IMG/VR virus record: IMGVR_UViG_3300003309_000009
Span: 47,859-111,858 of that record
Strand: one strand, 5' to 3'
DNA from: a virus
Length of the DNA: 64,000 nucleotides
Positions within the stretch are counted from its first letter, which is position 1. Every line of letters begins with the position of its first letter. Shown here in pieces: positions 47,564 to 56,105 of the stretch. Below the pieces are notes generated by a model, which did no database searches, had not been told where the DNA came from, and worked only from the letters and a program-made list of their open reading frames with translations. A program made the translations under genes and the position numbers.

Positions 47564-48094
47564 TTAATTCAATCTCAATTTATTAAAAATATTAGCTTCT
47601 TTAGTTCCACTAATGTTAACTAAACGATCTATCATTGGATTACGATCTTCTGGATCATCAATAGTAGATATGTAATTAACAAATACATCAATGTCATCTG
47701 GGTGTGACAAATACCATAACTTTGCTATTGGCTTTGATCCCATCCTGGTGAACATTACAGCGTCACGAATTCCAGCAAGCGCTTCATTGTAATCATAGTT
47801 GGATATATTAAAATTCGTAGAGGCCACTGCTAATGTTTGAATGAAGTTTGATAGTAGACTAACAGAAGCGTGATTAAATAATAGATGCAATAGAGTTTTT
47901 TGCTCTACGCATATATGACCAATAACACCAAGTAATGCTGTAAGGTTATTACTAACTATAGCCGCCTTAAGAATTTCATCCTTAACCTCCGGCGATCCAT
48001 CATAAATGTAATTCAGCTGGCAAGCTAGTAGGAACCCATCTTGATGTTCTTGAAATCCCGATAGTTCTTTTTCTATGAGGTCTATGTAAGACAT
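47564..48094 (-). CDS. Hypothetical protein
   Basis: 176-aa ORF in the accessory operon. Confidence 0.72.
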   Translation of the reverse strand: MSYIDLIEKELSGFQEHQDGFLLACQLNYIYDGSPEVKDEILKAAIVSNNLTALLGVIGHICVEQKTLLHLLFNHASVSLLSNFIQTLAVASTNFNISNYDYNEALAGIRDAVMFTRMGSKPIAKLWYLSHPDDIDVFVNYISTIDDPEDRNPMIDRLVNISGTKEANIFNKLRLN

Positions 48095-48105
48095 AACGTC
48101 AAACC

Positions 48106-48633
48106 TTATTTAGTATTAAAACCAAATTCGAGATAGTCAAAGAAACTCTTTATTTCATCTTCAAGGTCTTCCTTAGATCCGTTGTTATCGAAAACAAAAT
48201 CCGCATCGCTCTCCACGATATCGATATTACTTACAGGGTCCGTAGTACCTAGTCTAGTAAAGCCATCTACCCAGATAACTATATCAACTAAACCCCTTTC
48301 TCGTAAAGTATTAAGTTCTTTACTATCACAAATCCCTACATAGACATTGTATTCTTCCAAGAGTTTCTTAGCTATTTTAGAACAATCTCCAGACTCATAT
48401 TTACTAACCGATAAATCAAAGTACTGCTGGTGGTTCCGTTTATCCTTTATAGCTTTATTAACAGTCCTATAATCATAGCCATCCAGAACTAATTGGTCGA
48501 ATAGAAACTTTTCATATATGAAGCGTGTCTTAGTTATGCAGGAAAAGCCATGAGCTGATAGTAGCTTAGCGATCTCCATTTTCCCATGACCTGAATACCC
48601 CGCAATAACAACCTTGGGTTTATCATCTGTCAT
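48106..48633 (-). CDS. Deoxynucleoside-monophosphate-kinase-like P-loop protein
   Basis: VVIAGYSGHGKM P-loop, IVIWVD and ADFVFDNNGSKEDL, typical of phage dNMP kinase-like proteins. Confidence 0.65.
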   Translation of the reverse strand: MTDDKPKVVIAGYSGHGKMEIAKLLSAHGFSCITKTRFIYEKFLFDQLVLDGYDYRTVNKAIKDKRNHQQYFDLSVSKYESGDCSKIAKKLLEEYNVYVGICDSKELNTLRERGLVDIVIWVDGFTRLGTTDPVSNIDIVESDADFVFDNNGSKEDLEDEIKSFFDYLEFGFNTK

Positions 48634-48663
48634 AATAAGACTCCTTAGTGATCAGGTTGGAGA

Positions 48664-49137
48664 CTACCCTGTATGTAAATTACCATCATAGGCTACTTCT
48701 AGATATGCCCTAATTCTCTTCATAAGGGTAACACCAATTCGACTAGTAATACCCTTTTCATAATTATCCCACACAGTCTTAGCTAATCTTTCAAGTCTGG
48801 TCTTAGGTGCTGCAAAACCGTTAATAAGGTGCATTAGCAGTCGATACTCCTCAGCGGTAGCGTATTCCAAATTATCATCGCCTGGAAGCTCGACACCATT
48901 AATAAAATGTCGAGGGTTTTCAATATTATCAACCCAAGCTTTAGAAATGGATTCATAATAGTTAGCAAAGTCACATGGTAGGACACGGGCTAGTGTGTCA
49001 ATCAATTCATGTACATATAGAAACGTTTGACCTGGACCTAGGATAGATTGTTGAAATTCACCAGTTGCCAATCTTTCAACTGCAGCATTTATCTTAAACG
49101 CCAATTGTAATTCAGTGTCCAATGTAACATTAGTCAT
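48664..49137 (-). CDS. Helical protein, paralog of the C-domain of 46787..47497
   Basis: EEYRLLMHLINGFAAPKTRLERLAKTVWD...SRIGVTLMKRIR aligns with NEYKMFLNLILETASEDKRKDAGKNANWD...TPVGGNMLNNLR. Confidence 0.7.
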   Translation of the reverse strand: MTNVTLDTELQLAFKINAAVERLATGEFQQSILGPGQTFLYVHELIDTLARVLPCDFANYYESISKAWVDNIENPRHFINGVELPGDDNLEYATAEEYRLLMHLINGFAAPKTRLERLAKTVWDNYEKGITSRIGVTLMKRIRAYLEVAYDGNLHTG

Positions 49138-49140
49138 TAT

Positions 49141-49617
49141 TTAACTATCCTTCTCACTAATAAATTTTTCATAGGCCGGACGATATATCTTGTGATAGAT
49201 ATCTGTTATATTTTTCAAATTATCGATATAATACTCTGGCGTAATATCATAAAGCTCTCTAAGTTTCTGAATAGCTTGGTCAAAAACCTTTGGTAGGGCC
49301 TCTGCGTCAGTGACAATATATGTACTGAAATGTTGCATTCTGGTATTATTAATGGAAATGATTATGGTGAAGTTATTCTTTGAACGCCTTACTCTCATTC
49401 CCGGAATCTTATCCCCAGAGAAAATATCCTTATCTTTAAAATCCTTTTCGAAGCTTTTTAGAGACTGAATCTCTTTAACTTTTTCCTCGGCTTTCCGCTT
49501 ACCTTCCTTTGTAGGTTTAAAATAAAAACACCGTCTTGAACCTCTAATGGTTCCCCTAACTCGATAGCTAACAAGTCTATCTTTATTATAAATAGTTTCT
49601 ACTGGCACCAGTATCAC
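49141..49617 (-). CDS. Basic protein with two possible AP2-like DNA-binding repeats
   Basis: YRVRGTIRGSRRCFYF plus helix, and IPGMRVRR...IIISINNTRMQHFST plus helix DQAIQKLRE; GTG start. Confidence 0.45.
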   Translation of the reverse strand: MILVPVETIYNKDRLVSYRVRGTIRGSRRCFYFKPTKEGKRKAEEKVKEIQSLKSFEKDFKDKDIFSGDKIPGMRVRRSKNNFTIIISINNTRMQHFSTYIVTDAEALPKVFDQAIQKLRELYDITPEYYIDNLKNITDIYHKIYRPAYEKFISEKDS

Positions 49618-49652
49618 CTAAGTCTTTTTAGTTACTACACTATTAAATGAAA

Positions 49653-49679
49653 AAATAGGGGACCATTGGTCCCCTATTT
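49653..49679 (-). terminator. Intrinsic terminator after the -1 frame ORF
   Basis: AAATAGGGGACC-ATT-GGTCCCCTATTT overlapping the stop at 49678-49680. Confidence 0.8.
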
Positions 49680-50145
49680 ATTTTTTACCAGAACCGCTGG
49701 TATCTCGAATAATTTTATCATGTTCAGCATTTTCAATCTTACTCTGCTCGATAGCATTCATCACATGAAATTCTAATTCATAATTTGGAAGATCGAGGAG
49801 TTGGTTGATATCTAAACCAATCAATTCATGGAGACGAAGTTTAGATAACCTCCCCATAGCTATCATCAGTGGTGAGTCGGTTAGAACATCTGTCGACTCA
49901 TTACATGTTACATACGACAGAGGATTTTTACTGTTAACATCTCTTATTCCAGCGACAAGTTCAAAGAAGTTACGACGGGTGATATCAATATCATAGCCAC
50001 TTTTATAATACCTACTCCATAATTCCGTTTGAAGTGCACTAGCGGTATCTTTATCTAAAGTGGCGTGATATCTATTGATAATCTTTTTATTGATTACCTG
50101 CCCGGTCTCCTCATCGTACTCCGCAATTCCAGTATAGTAAAAAAA
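49678..50145 (-). CDS. Reading frame probably reached by -1 frameshift (tail-chaperone T-like domain)
   Basis: Open from 50172 to 49678 with no ATG/GTG/TTG until 49866. Entered by slippage at T TTT TTT. Ends RLHELIGLDINQLLDLPNYELEF. Confidence 0.65.
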   Translation of the reverse strand, partial: FFYYTGIAEYDEETGQVINKKIINRYHATLDKDTASALQTELWSRYYKSGYDIDITRRNFFELVAGIRDVNSKNPLSYVTCNESTDVLTDSPLMIAMGRLSKLRLHELIGLDINQLLDLPNYELEFHVMNAIEQSKIENAEHDKIIRDTSGSGKK

Positions 50146-51767
50146 TAGCTCGGCATATGAATAGGAATAACTTCACCCTCCGAACCATCTAACTCCAATT
50201 GTGGTGATTTACAAGAAGGACATTTATAGTTAGTTAAGCCTGTAATACCTACGGTTGTCCGCTCTTTATAAATCTTTATTGCTGTTAGGAGAAACTCTTC
50301 AGCATCCTCATCACGAGAAAGAATATCAAAGATGGCCATTAGAGACTCTTCGCCATTACTGCCACTACCAATGTGTCTAACTGTACCACTGGCATCGGTA
50401 ATCTTAACATCATGGATCCAATGCATTTCACGCATAAGAAACAAATTACGAGTGTGTTCCAGCTGATATTCATAGCGAGCCTTTAACAGCTCATCCGGCA
50501 TCATGTCTTCAGAGCCAACCGCCATACTCTTCTCTAATGCTGATTCAATCATCGAGATAAACTTATTTGTCACATGCTCATAAACTGTTAAGTTAGGAGT
50601 CTTAAAGAGAAACTCAAGGTTTAAGTCTCCAATATTTATCTTACAACGACGTAGTTCTTCGGGAATAGAATCGCGCACCCGCGCCTGGTAATTAAGAATA
50701 TGATCTTCATCATGCTCACCATCACCTTTAACAGACATATGTCTACGAAGTTCTATAGTTAATAGCTTCGCATCTGTAATTGCCAATTTATCAAAATGCA
50801 TCATGCTATCTGGTAAGATTTTACCCGTAGTAGGATCTCTGTCAATTTCGATAGTATGATTACATTCTTCATTTGTACAAACATGATGAATTGGATAGCC
50901 ACCTGGGTAGATGGTAGCAAGACCGCCTGCCATCATCAACATGATGTCTTGGGGAACAATAAGCTCTCTAAGTTTTTCTTTAGTCCAACCTCTTAAGTTG
51001 CTTTTAATCGTGTGATCAAGAATAAAGTCTACAGTAGCATCATTCATTAAACCATCGTCAGCAGAGTATAACGTACCCGCTGTTGCATATCCCAAGCTAG
51101 TATGCATTCTACGTAGTAAAATGGTGTGTTCTAATAACTCTCGCTCACGGAAAGGTCGGAGTTGTAAAACAATACCAGAGTTATAAAGTAGTACTCTGGT
51201 CGGCATGCCGGTACCGGAGGTTGAAAATAGATACTGAATGGCCTCTGGACCCGTTAAACGATCTGAATCGCCTTTTAACTTAACTGATAATAGACGGGGA
51301 ACCACAGACTTGCCATCTAACATTGGACGATTGCCCCAGATACCATAACTATTGATATCTTGATACATAGGGTCTTGGAAGTCTGTCTCTACCACTGTAG
51401 CAATGGTATCTTGCAATTCATTAAACTTCTGAGTTGCTTCAGCCTTACTATACTTTTCAAAAAGCTTTTTCTTGGCCGCATTTAAAAAATCAATATGATC
51501 CTGTGCACCAGTATTAGAGCCTTTGACGTATAAAAACGGCATCTTGTTTTGGTAATTTTCTGGAAGATCAGAAAATGGTGAATGTTGCGATGTCTCTGCT
51601 ATTTCAACAATCTCATCTTCTAATTCAGCTACTTCCGAACTGGAGATCTCTAGGGTCTCGGTACCCCAGTCATCTTCTATGGGATTCTGACTCTCCTCTT
51701 CTACCTTCGTAGAATCAGGAGCACCAGGCTGATTTTCTTCAGCGTCTTTATATTCTTCGTCTTTCAC
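50094..51767 (-). CDS. Conserved protein (gp77-like), candidate tail/baseplate assembly chaperone
   Basis: Acidic N-tail, HVCTNEECNH and CPSCK Cys pairs, C-terminal IPIHMPSYFF. This resembles T4 gp26-like and tail-chaperone proteins that end in FF. Confidence 0.65.
   Translation of the reverse strand: MKDEEYKDAEENQPGAPDSTKVEEESQNPIEDDWGTETLEISSSEVAELEDEIVEIAETSQHSPFSDLPENYQNKMPFLYVKGSNTGAQDHIDFLNAAKKKLFEKYSKAEATQKFNELQDTIATVVETDFQDPMYQDINSYGIWGNRPMLDGKSVVPRLLSVKLKGDSDRLTGPEAIQYLFSTSGTGMPTRVLLYNSGIVLQLRPFRERELLEHTILLRRMHTSLGYATAGTLYSADDGLMNDATVDFILDHTIKSNLRGWTKEKLRELIVPQDIMLMMAGGLATIYPGGYPIHHVCTNEECNHTIEIDRDPTTGKILPDSMMHFDKLAITDAKLLTIELRRHMSVKGDGEHDEDHILNYQARVRDSIPEELRRCKINIGDLNLEFLFKTPNLTVYEHVTNKFISMIESALEKSMAVGSEDMMPDELLKARYEYQLEHTRNLFLMREMHWIHDVKITDASGTVRHIGSGSNGEESLMAIFDILSRDEDAEEFLLTAIKIYKERTTVGITGLTNYKCPSCKSPQLELDGSEGEVIPIHMPSYFFTILELRSTMRRPGR
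50139..50145 (-). other. Candidate -1 programmed ribosomal frameshift site T TTT TTT
   Basis: TAT TTT TTT ACT in the 0 frame; the -1 frame gives TTT TTT TAC and stays open for 153 codons. Confidence 0.6.
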
Positions 51768-51770
51768 AAC

Positions 51771-52283
51771 TTAACCCTCAGGTTGAATAGATTCAATAAT
51801 GGTAGTAATTCGCTCACAGTTAGGCTGCATAGCGGTATTAACATCCGTTGTTAGTGAAATCACATCACTAAATTGAGCGATGTAATCCGGTAGGTCCATA
51901 GGATCTACATCACCAGATTTACCATCATATCCTTTCTGTAGCTCTTTAGATTTCTTAACAAAATAGTTAGCATCTTCAACCACAGCTTTTTGTAAACCAA
52001 TTAGTTCGTTGGCACGTTCTTTATCACTGGCTAGAAGTTCGCCAACGATACCCATTGACGTAGTTGCAATATTTAAATACTGCTGCACTACAGCCACGCA
52101 GGTAAGATGCATCTGCTCCAACTCTTCCCAACGATCAAAACGCTTTTCACCGTCTTCCGAAGGTTTGATTTTTAAATCTGTATTCTGAAGCTTACGCTCC
52201 AACTTCTTACGCTGAGTCTTCTCTTTCTTCTTACGACGAATATCAGCCTGTGTAATTTTTTTGACTTTTGGCGTGTCAGTCAT
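51771..52283 (-). CDS. Conserved hypothetical protein, basic N-terminus and helical bundle
   Basis: 170 aa, first gene of the operon with the gp77-like gene. Confidence 0.75.
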   Translation of the reverse strand: MTDTPKVKKITQADIRRKKKEKTQRKKLERKLQNTDLKIKPSEDGEKRFDRWEELEQMHLTCVAVVQQYLNIATTSMGIVGELLASDKERANELIGLQKAVVEDANYFVKKSKELQKGYDGKSGDVDPMDLPDYIAQFSDVISLTTDVNTAMQPNCERITTIIESIQPEG

Positions 52284-52391
52284 TTTAAGGTTATCCCTCT
52301 TTTAATTATTTAAAATAGATAGAGTTGACAATTTTATAGGTCACTTATCCAATGGGTGATTTCATTTATTTTTTACGTATATAGGGAACGG

Positions 52392-53219
52392 ATGATGCAA
52401 TCTGAAATCTTCTTAGATGAGTTCCAAAACATACTTTCTGTGGAACTTTTTGATTCCATTAAAAGTATTCATGAAGAGTTATTAAAGCTTAACTATACAA
52501 AACATATTGATGTCCTTGATAACTACTTTGAAGGTATACAGGGCGATACCTCAACTATCAAGGCAGATGCCCTTGTTTTATTCAAAGGGATATGCACTGA
52601 AGTAATAAACCTTCACGGCATACAGCTAATTGATGGGGAATCTATTACTATCCCAATGTATGACAAAATGATTACATCACTAGTGACCCTAGGACAAAAT
52701 AAAATCTATGACATTATTGATCCTAGTATCCTAGAAGATCCTGATGATACTACAGTGTTTACCGCTAGTGTCTTTTCAGCCATGACGGAACTTAACATAG
52801 AAGATTTTCTAGAGATAATCGAAGATGTTGACACCTCACTTGTCGAATTATTGGAAAGTCCTTTTACTGCAGATGAACTGGGTGATTTCATTAATGCGAG
52901 ATTTAGAGAACGATTATTAAATCACATTGGTGATGACCGCAGTGGTTTGGCTATTGCACATATCAAAGAAACTGGCCAATTGGGTTTTAGATTAGATGAC
53001 ACGCTATTTGCCTATCAGGATGAATTAAATGATCTAAAGGACAATGAATTGATTGAAGAGTTGAAGCGGTTTGCATTAGCCAGTTCTTTACCCGAGAAAC
53101 ATTTTGCAGCTGTTATCACTGAAGTCCTCGATGATTTAATTTATAAAAACGAAAGAATCATCCGATTAATGGCGACTATAGTAAGAGAGTTTATGGTATT
53201 TGACAATGAAGATTCTTGA
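52392..53219 (+). CDS. Conserved acidic protein (gp79-like) upstream of the virion RNAP subunit
   Basis: Likely start MMQSEIF after AGGGA; overlaps the next gene. Confidence 0.65.
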   Translation: MMQSEIFLDEFQNILSVELFDSIKSIHEELLKLNYTKHIDVLDNYFEGIQGDTSTIKADALVLFKGICTEVINLHGIQLIDGESITIPMYDKMITSLVTLGQNKIYDIIDPSILEDPDDTTVFTASVFSAMTELNIEDFLEIIEDVDTSLVELLESPFTADELGDFINARFRERLLNHIGDDRSGLAIAHIKETGQLGFRLDDTLFAYQDELNDLKDNELIEELKRFALASSLPEKHFAAVITEVLDDLIYKNERIIRLMATIVREFMVFDNEDS

Positions 53220-54435
53220 GTACATTATTAAATCAATTGAAAATACCGACTACCTTTATCGTAGTTGGTATGATGGAGTGCTATCTATACTTCCAGATAA
53301 CACTACACTAAATGAAACCCAGACTAGAGTTGAAAATGGTAAGTTATTCTTCGGTGATGAAGAAGTCACTGAGTTCACCCTTGGTAAGCCCATCATAGAC
53401 TACAATAGAGTTATCAATCTGCCAGCAGGTTATCTACCAATGATTAAGGAGGATGTCAAAACAACACTTGGCATTCTTCTGGTAAATATTTATTTAAACC
53501 ACTATCCTTATGGTGATAAGGGTGTTTATATCAACGGTAGAAGTACACCAAATACATGGAATGAGTATGCGCTTGCTAAGTTAAACAAATCTTTGGATGT
53601 CACAGCCCATATACGTTTTGAAAATGTAACGGGTGTACTTGATGGAATGGCTGAGATGGCAGTGCCATCAGCAACTCGTAAATCTATGGAGCCTAGTGAC
53701 GCTGTAATCAAATACCGTGATGAATTATTTGAAAAGTATAAGGATCAACTGAATGATCCTGCAATACTTTCTGACATCCAAGCCGAGTTATCTAGATTCT
53801 TAAAAGAAGAATTAAAAGGCGATCCATCACTTGGCTACCTTATTAAAGATAAAAGCTTTGATGTTACTCGCTTACAAACTTATGCGACCTTTGGTGCAGA
53901 GCCTGATTTCTTTGATGAATCTAAAGTATCTCTCGTCAGGCCATCATTAACCGAAGGCTGGGGTGTTAATGAAATGCCTGTACTTGTTAATGGTTCACGA
54001 AGTGGTAGTTTCTGGCGTGGTGCAGGTACTGCCGTAGGTGGGTATAAAACTAAGGTTATTTCGCGTATCTTCCAGAACTATCATATTCGAGGTGAAGATT
54101 GTGGTACTCAACTTGGTAGACTAGTTAAGATCAATGCTGTAAACGCCCCTATGTACGTTGGGCGGTATGTTGTTGGTAAAGCAAACCCACTTACCCTATC
54201 TGAGTTAAAGGCAGCTATCGGCAAGACCCTAGAGATTAGATCTCCCGGTTACTGTAAGCAGTCGCAAACAGATACCTGTAAGCGGTGCGTAGGAGATGTT
54301 GTAGCTAATGCGGCAGGTAGTGTGAACTCTATGGCCATTACTATGACTAGTGCCATTATGTCATCAGCAATGGCCGCTATGCATACAACTGCATTAAGTA
54401 CTAACAAATACTCTTTTAGAGATCGAATCGTTTAA
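53200..54435 (+). CDS. Virion RNA polymerase beta-prime middle subunit (gp80-like)
   Basis: Bridge-helix-like GSRSGSFWRGAGTAVGGYKTK, EDCGT and RSPGYC...TCKRCVG zinc site. Confidence 0.85.
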   Translation: MTMKILEYIIKSIENTDYLYRSWYDGVLSILPDNTTLNETQTRVENGKLFFGDEEVTEFTLGKPIIDYNRVINLPAGYLPMIKEDVKTTLGILLVNIYLNHYPYGDKGVYINGRSTPNTWNEYALAKLNKSLDVTAHIRFENVTGVLDGMAEMAVPSATRKSMEPSDAVIKYRDELFEKYKDQLNDPAILSDIQAELSRFLKEELKGDPSLGYLIKDKSFDVTRLQTYATFGAEPDFFDESKVSLVRPSLTEGWGVNEMPVLVNGSRSGSFWRGAGTAVGGYKTKVISRIFQNYHIRGEDCGTQLGRLVKINAVNAPMYVGRYVVGKANPLTLSELKAAIGKTLEIRSPGYCKQSQTDTCKRCVGDVVANAAGSVNSMAITMTSAIMSSAMAAMHTTALSTNKYSFRDRIV

Positions 54436-54440
54436 TAGAC

Positions 54441-54474
54441 AAAAAAAATAGGGATCCGAAAGGATCCCTTTATT
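54441..54474. terminator. Bidirectional terminator
   Basis: A-run, AGGGATCC-GAAA-GGATCCCT, TTATT at a convergent junction. Confidence 0.85.
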
Positions 54475-54484
54475 CAACGTCCAT

Positions 54485-55096
54485 TTAAATAGCCATTGAA
54501 CCTGTCTTAGAGACTACACCAACATAGCGATCTAAAACATTTTTTGTAACGAATACACCTTCGAATGGACGTAACGTCTTAACGAAAGTTCGAGTTAACT
54601 CGACACCACACTTGTGGTTATCTAAGTGACGGCGAGCATCATCGATTGTATTTAAAATATTCTTTTGACGGAATACGTTAGGAAGTTTAGTAAACTCTAA
54701 CAGTTCTGCCAATTCAGAATCATTTAAATAATCAGATTGTGCACCAACCAGAGATAAGACTAAGTTCTTAAGCTCTGGTGTAGATGTTACTAGGTCCCAG
54801 CCCGTATTCACACTACGCTTGATAACAACAGGTAATAACTTACCGTCTTCAAGTAAACCATCAAACGCAACTTTCATGTCTTTGGTACGGATACCCGTGT
54901 TTAACATGATATGAATTTCAGCACTGCGAGGATCCACACATACGTTTGCAGAACCGTGGTCATAGCTAACGTTACCATCAGCATGCTTAGCAATTTCGCC
55001 ACCATTGCGAAATACCAGATTCATTAACGCAGTTGGAAAATCCACAGTGTCTGTAAACGCTTGTAAGTAAGACATTGGTTTTTTCATTTTATTCAT
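54485..55096 (-). CDS. Hypothetical protein (probable early gene)
   Basis: 203 aa; RBS GGAAGGA; downstream of a class A promoter. Confidence 0.75.
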   Translation of the reverse strand: MNKMKKPMSYLQAFTDTVDFPTALMNLVFRNGGEIAKHADGNVSYDHGSANVCVDPRSAEIHIMLNTGIRTKDMKVAFDGLLEDGKLLPVVIKRSVNTGWDLVTSTPELKNLVLSLVGAQSDYLNDSELAELLEFTKLPNVFRQKNILNTIDDARRHLDNHKCGVELTRTFVKTLRPFEGVFVTKNVLDRYVGVVSKTGSMAI

Positions 55097-55126
55097 TCCT
55101 TCCTGTAAGGGGATTTTTTTTAAATC

Positions 55127-55222
55127 TTAAGCTTCATCAACGCCAGTTCCTAACCACTCTATAAATAAAAAGAGTAAGGTAAAGAAACCAACAACTGCTA
55201 AAACATTTAATATTAATTCCAT
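55127..55222 (-). CDS. Unannotated 31-aa single-pass membrane peptide
   Basis: MELILNVLAVVGFFTLLFLFIEWLGTGVDEA; AGGAG 8 nt upstream; first ORF after the class A promoter. Confidence 0.7.
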   Translation of the reverse strand: MELILNVLAVVGFFTLLFLFIEWLGTGVDEA

Positions 55223-55256
55223 AGCATATTCTCCTATGTTATGATATTTCCTACGA

Positions 55257-55277
55257 TATCACATGAGTAATATGTAA
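55257..55277 (-). promoter_or_regulatory. Class A candidate early promoter, second copy
   Basis: TATCACATGAGTAATATGTAA on the + strand, identical to 46684-46704. Confidence 0.7.
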
Positions 55278-55300
55278 ATAAAAAAATAATGATTCGAAGA

Positions 55301-55323
55301 AAAAAGGGTCCAAGCGGACCCTT
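55301..55323 (-). terminator. Intrinsic terminator ending the RNAP-helicase operon
   Basis: AAAAAGGGTCC-AAGC-GGACCCTT. Confidence 0.8.
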
Positions 55324-55324
55324 A

Positions 55325-55738
55325 TCATGAATAGATTGTTACATTTGTAGGAACCGCAATGTCTAATACCACAGTATCTTTACCAACAGGTCTAGCAGCT
55401 ATAAACTCTACTCCACCGGCAACCGGTATTCCACAGCCAACTAACACGCGCTGTACTTTATCGATATCAGGTAAAAGCGCATGGGCATATCGGTCCATCG
55501 TATCAATAACAGATACATCGTTGGTCTGAAACAGAAGCTCCTCTTGCGTATCTTCAAAATACTCAATGTCATCTTGAAGTAGTGAGCATATTACAGGTTC
55601 AAGAACCGCAGTGTTTTCTCTTAGATTCTCTAAGTGCTTGGCGGCATGTGGTAAATCCACTGCCACCTTAACGATCTTTGAATCATTCATGTTATGGGGA
55701 CTGGGGTCGATAATTTCTCCATGTATATTTTTATTCAT
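55325..55738 (-). CDS. Small acidic protein, tandem array member 4
   Basis: Likely start MNKNIHGE after GAGG; ends in a beta-hairpin-like VEFIAARPVGKDTVVLDI. Confidence 0.68.
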   Translation of the reverse strand: MNKNIHGEIIDPSPHNMNDSKIVKVAVDLPHAAKHLENLRENTAVLEPVICSLLQDDIEYFEDTQEELLFQTNDVSVIDTMDRYAHALLPDIDKVQRVLVGCGIPVAGGVEFIAARPVGKDTVVLDIAVPTNVTIYS

Positions 55739-56105
55739 CTGAATAACCTCTAAATAAACCAACGAGTGCCGTTTGTGAATCAACCATAATAACCTCATCA
55801 ACAATGTAATTAGTAAGACACCGTCTTTTACTCACATCATTAATAGCGGTTGAGAGAGATTCATGAACCGCGTTATACACGTCGATTAGCTCTTGTCTTA
55901 TTTGTCCCATGTGAGAAGCATTTATACCTTCTTGATCTAAGATGGCAGGTAGGAGGGAATAATAAAACGCATCCATGAAACAACTGTCTCTTTGGATGAT
56001 AGAGTTAATCGCCGGTGCGATTGCAGTGGCAATGTAATCTTCACTATTTATAACATTAACGCTGTTAATCTCTGGCATTTCTACAATCATTAAAAAACGA
56101 CTCAT
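55731..56105 (-). CDS. Small acidic protein, tandem array member 3
   Basis: 124 aa; ends YIVDEVIMVDSQTALVGL. Confidence 0.7.
   Translation of the reverse strand: MSRFLMIVEMPEINSVNVINSEDYIATAIAPAINSIIQRDSCFMDAFYYSLLPAILDQEGINASHMGQIRQELIDVYNAVHESLSTAINDVSKRRCLTNYIVDEVIMVDSQTALVGLFRGYSDE

Noticed and set aside
49678-49866. 62-aa ORF as an independent gene
   Set aside because: No SD before the ATG, and the frame is open about 100 codons further upstream; better explained as the end of a frameshift product.
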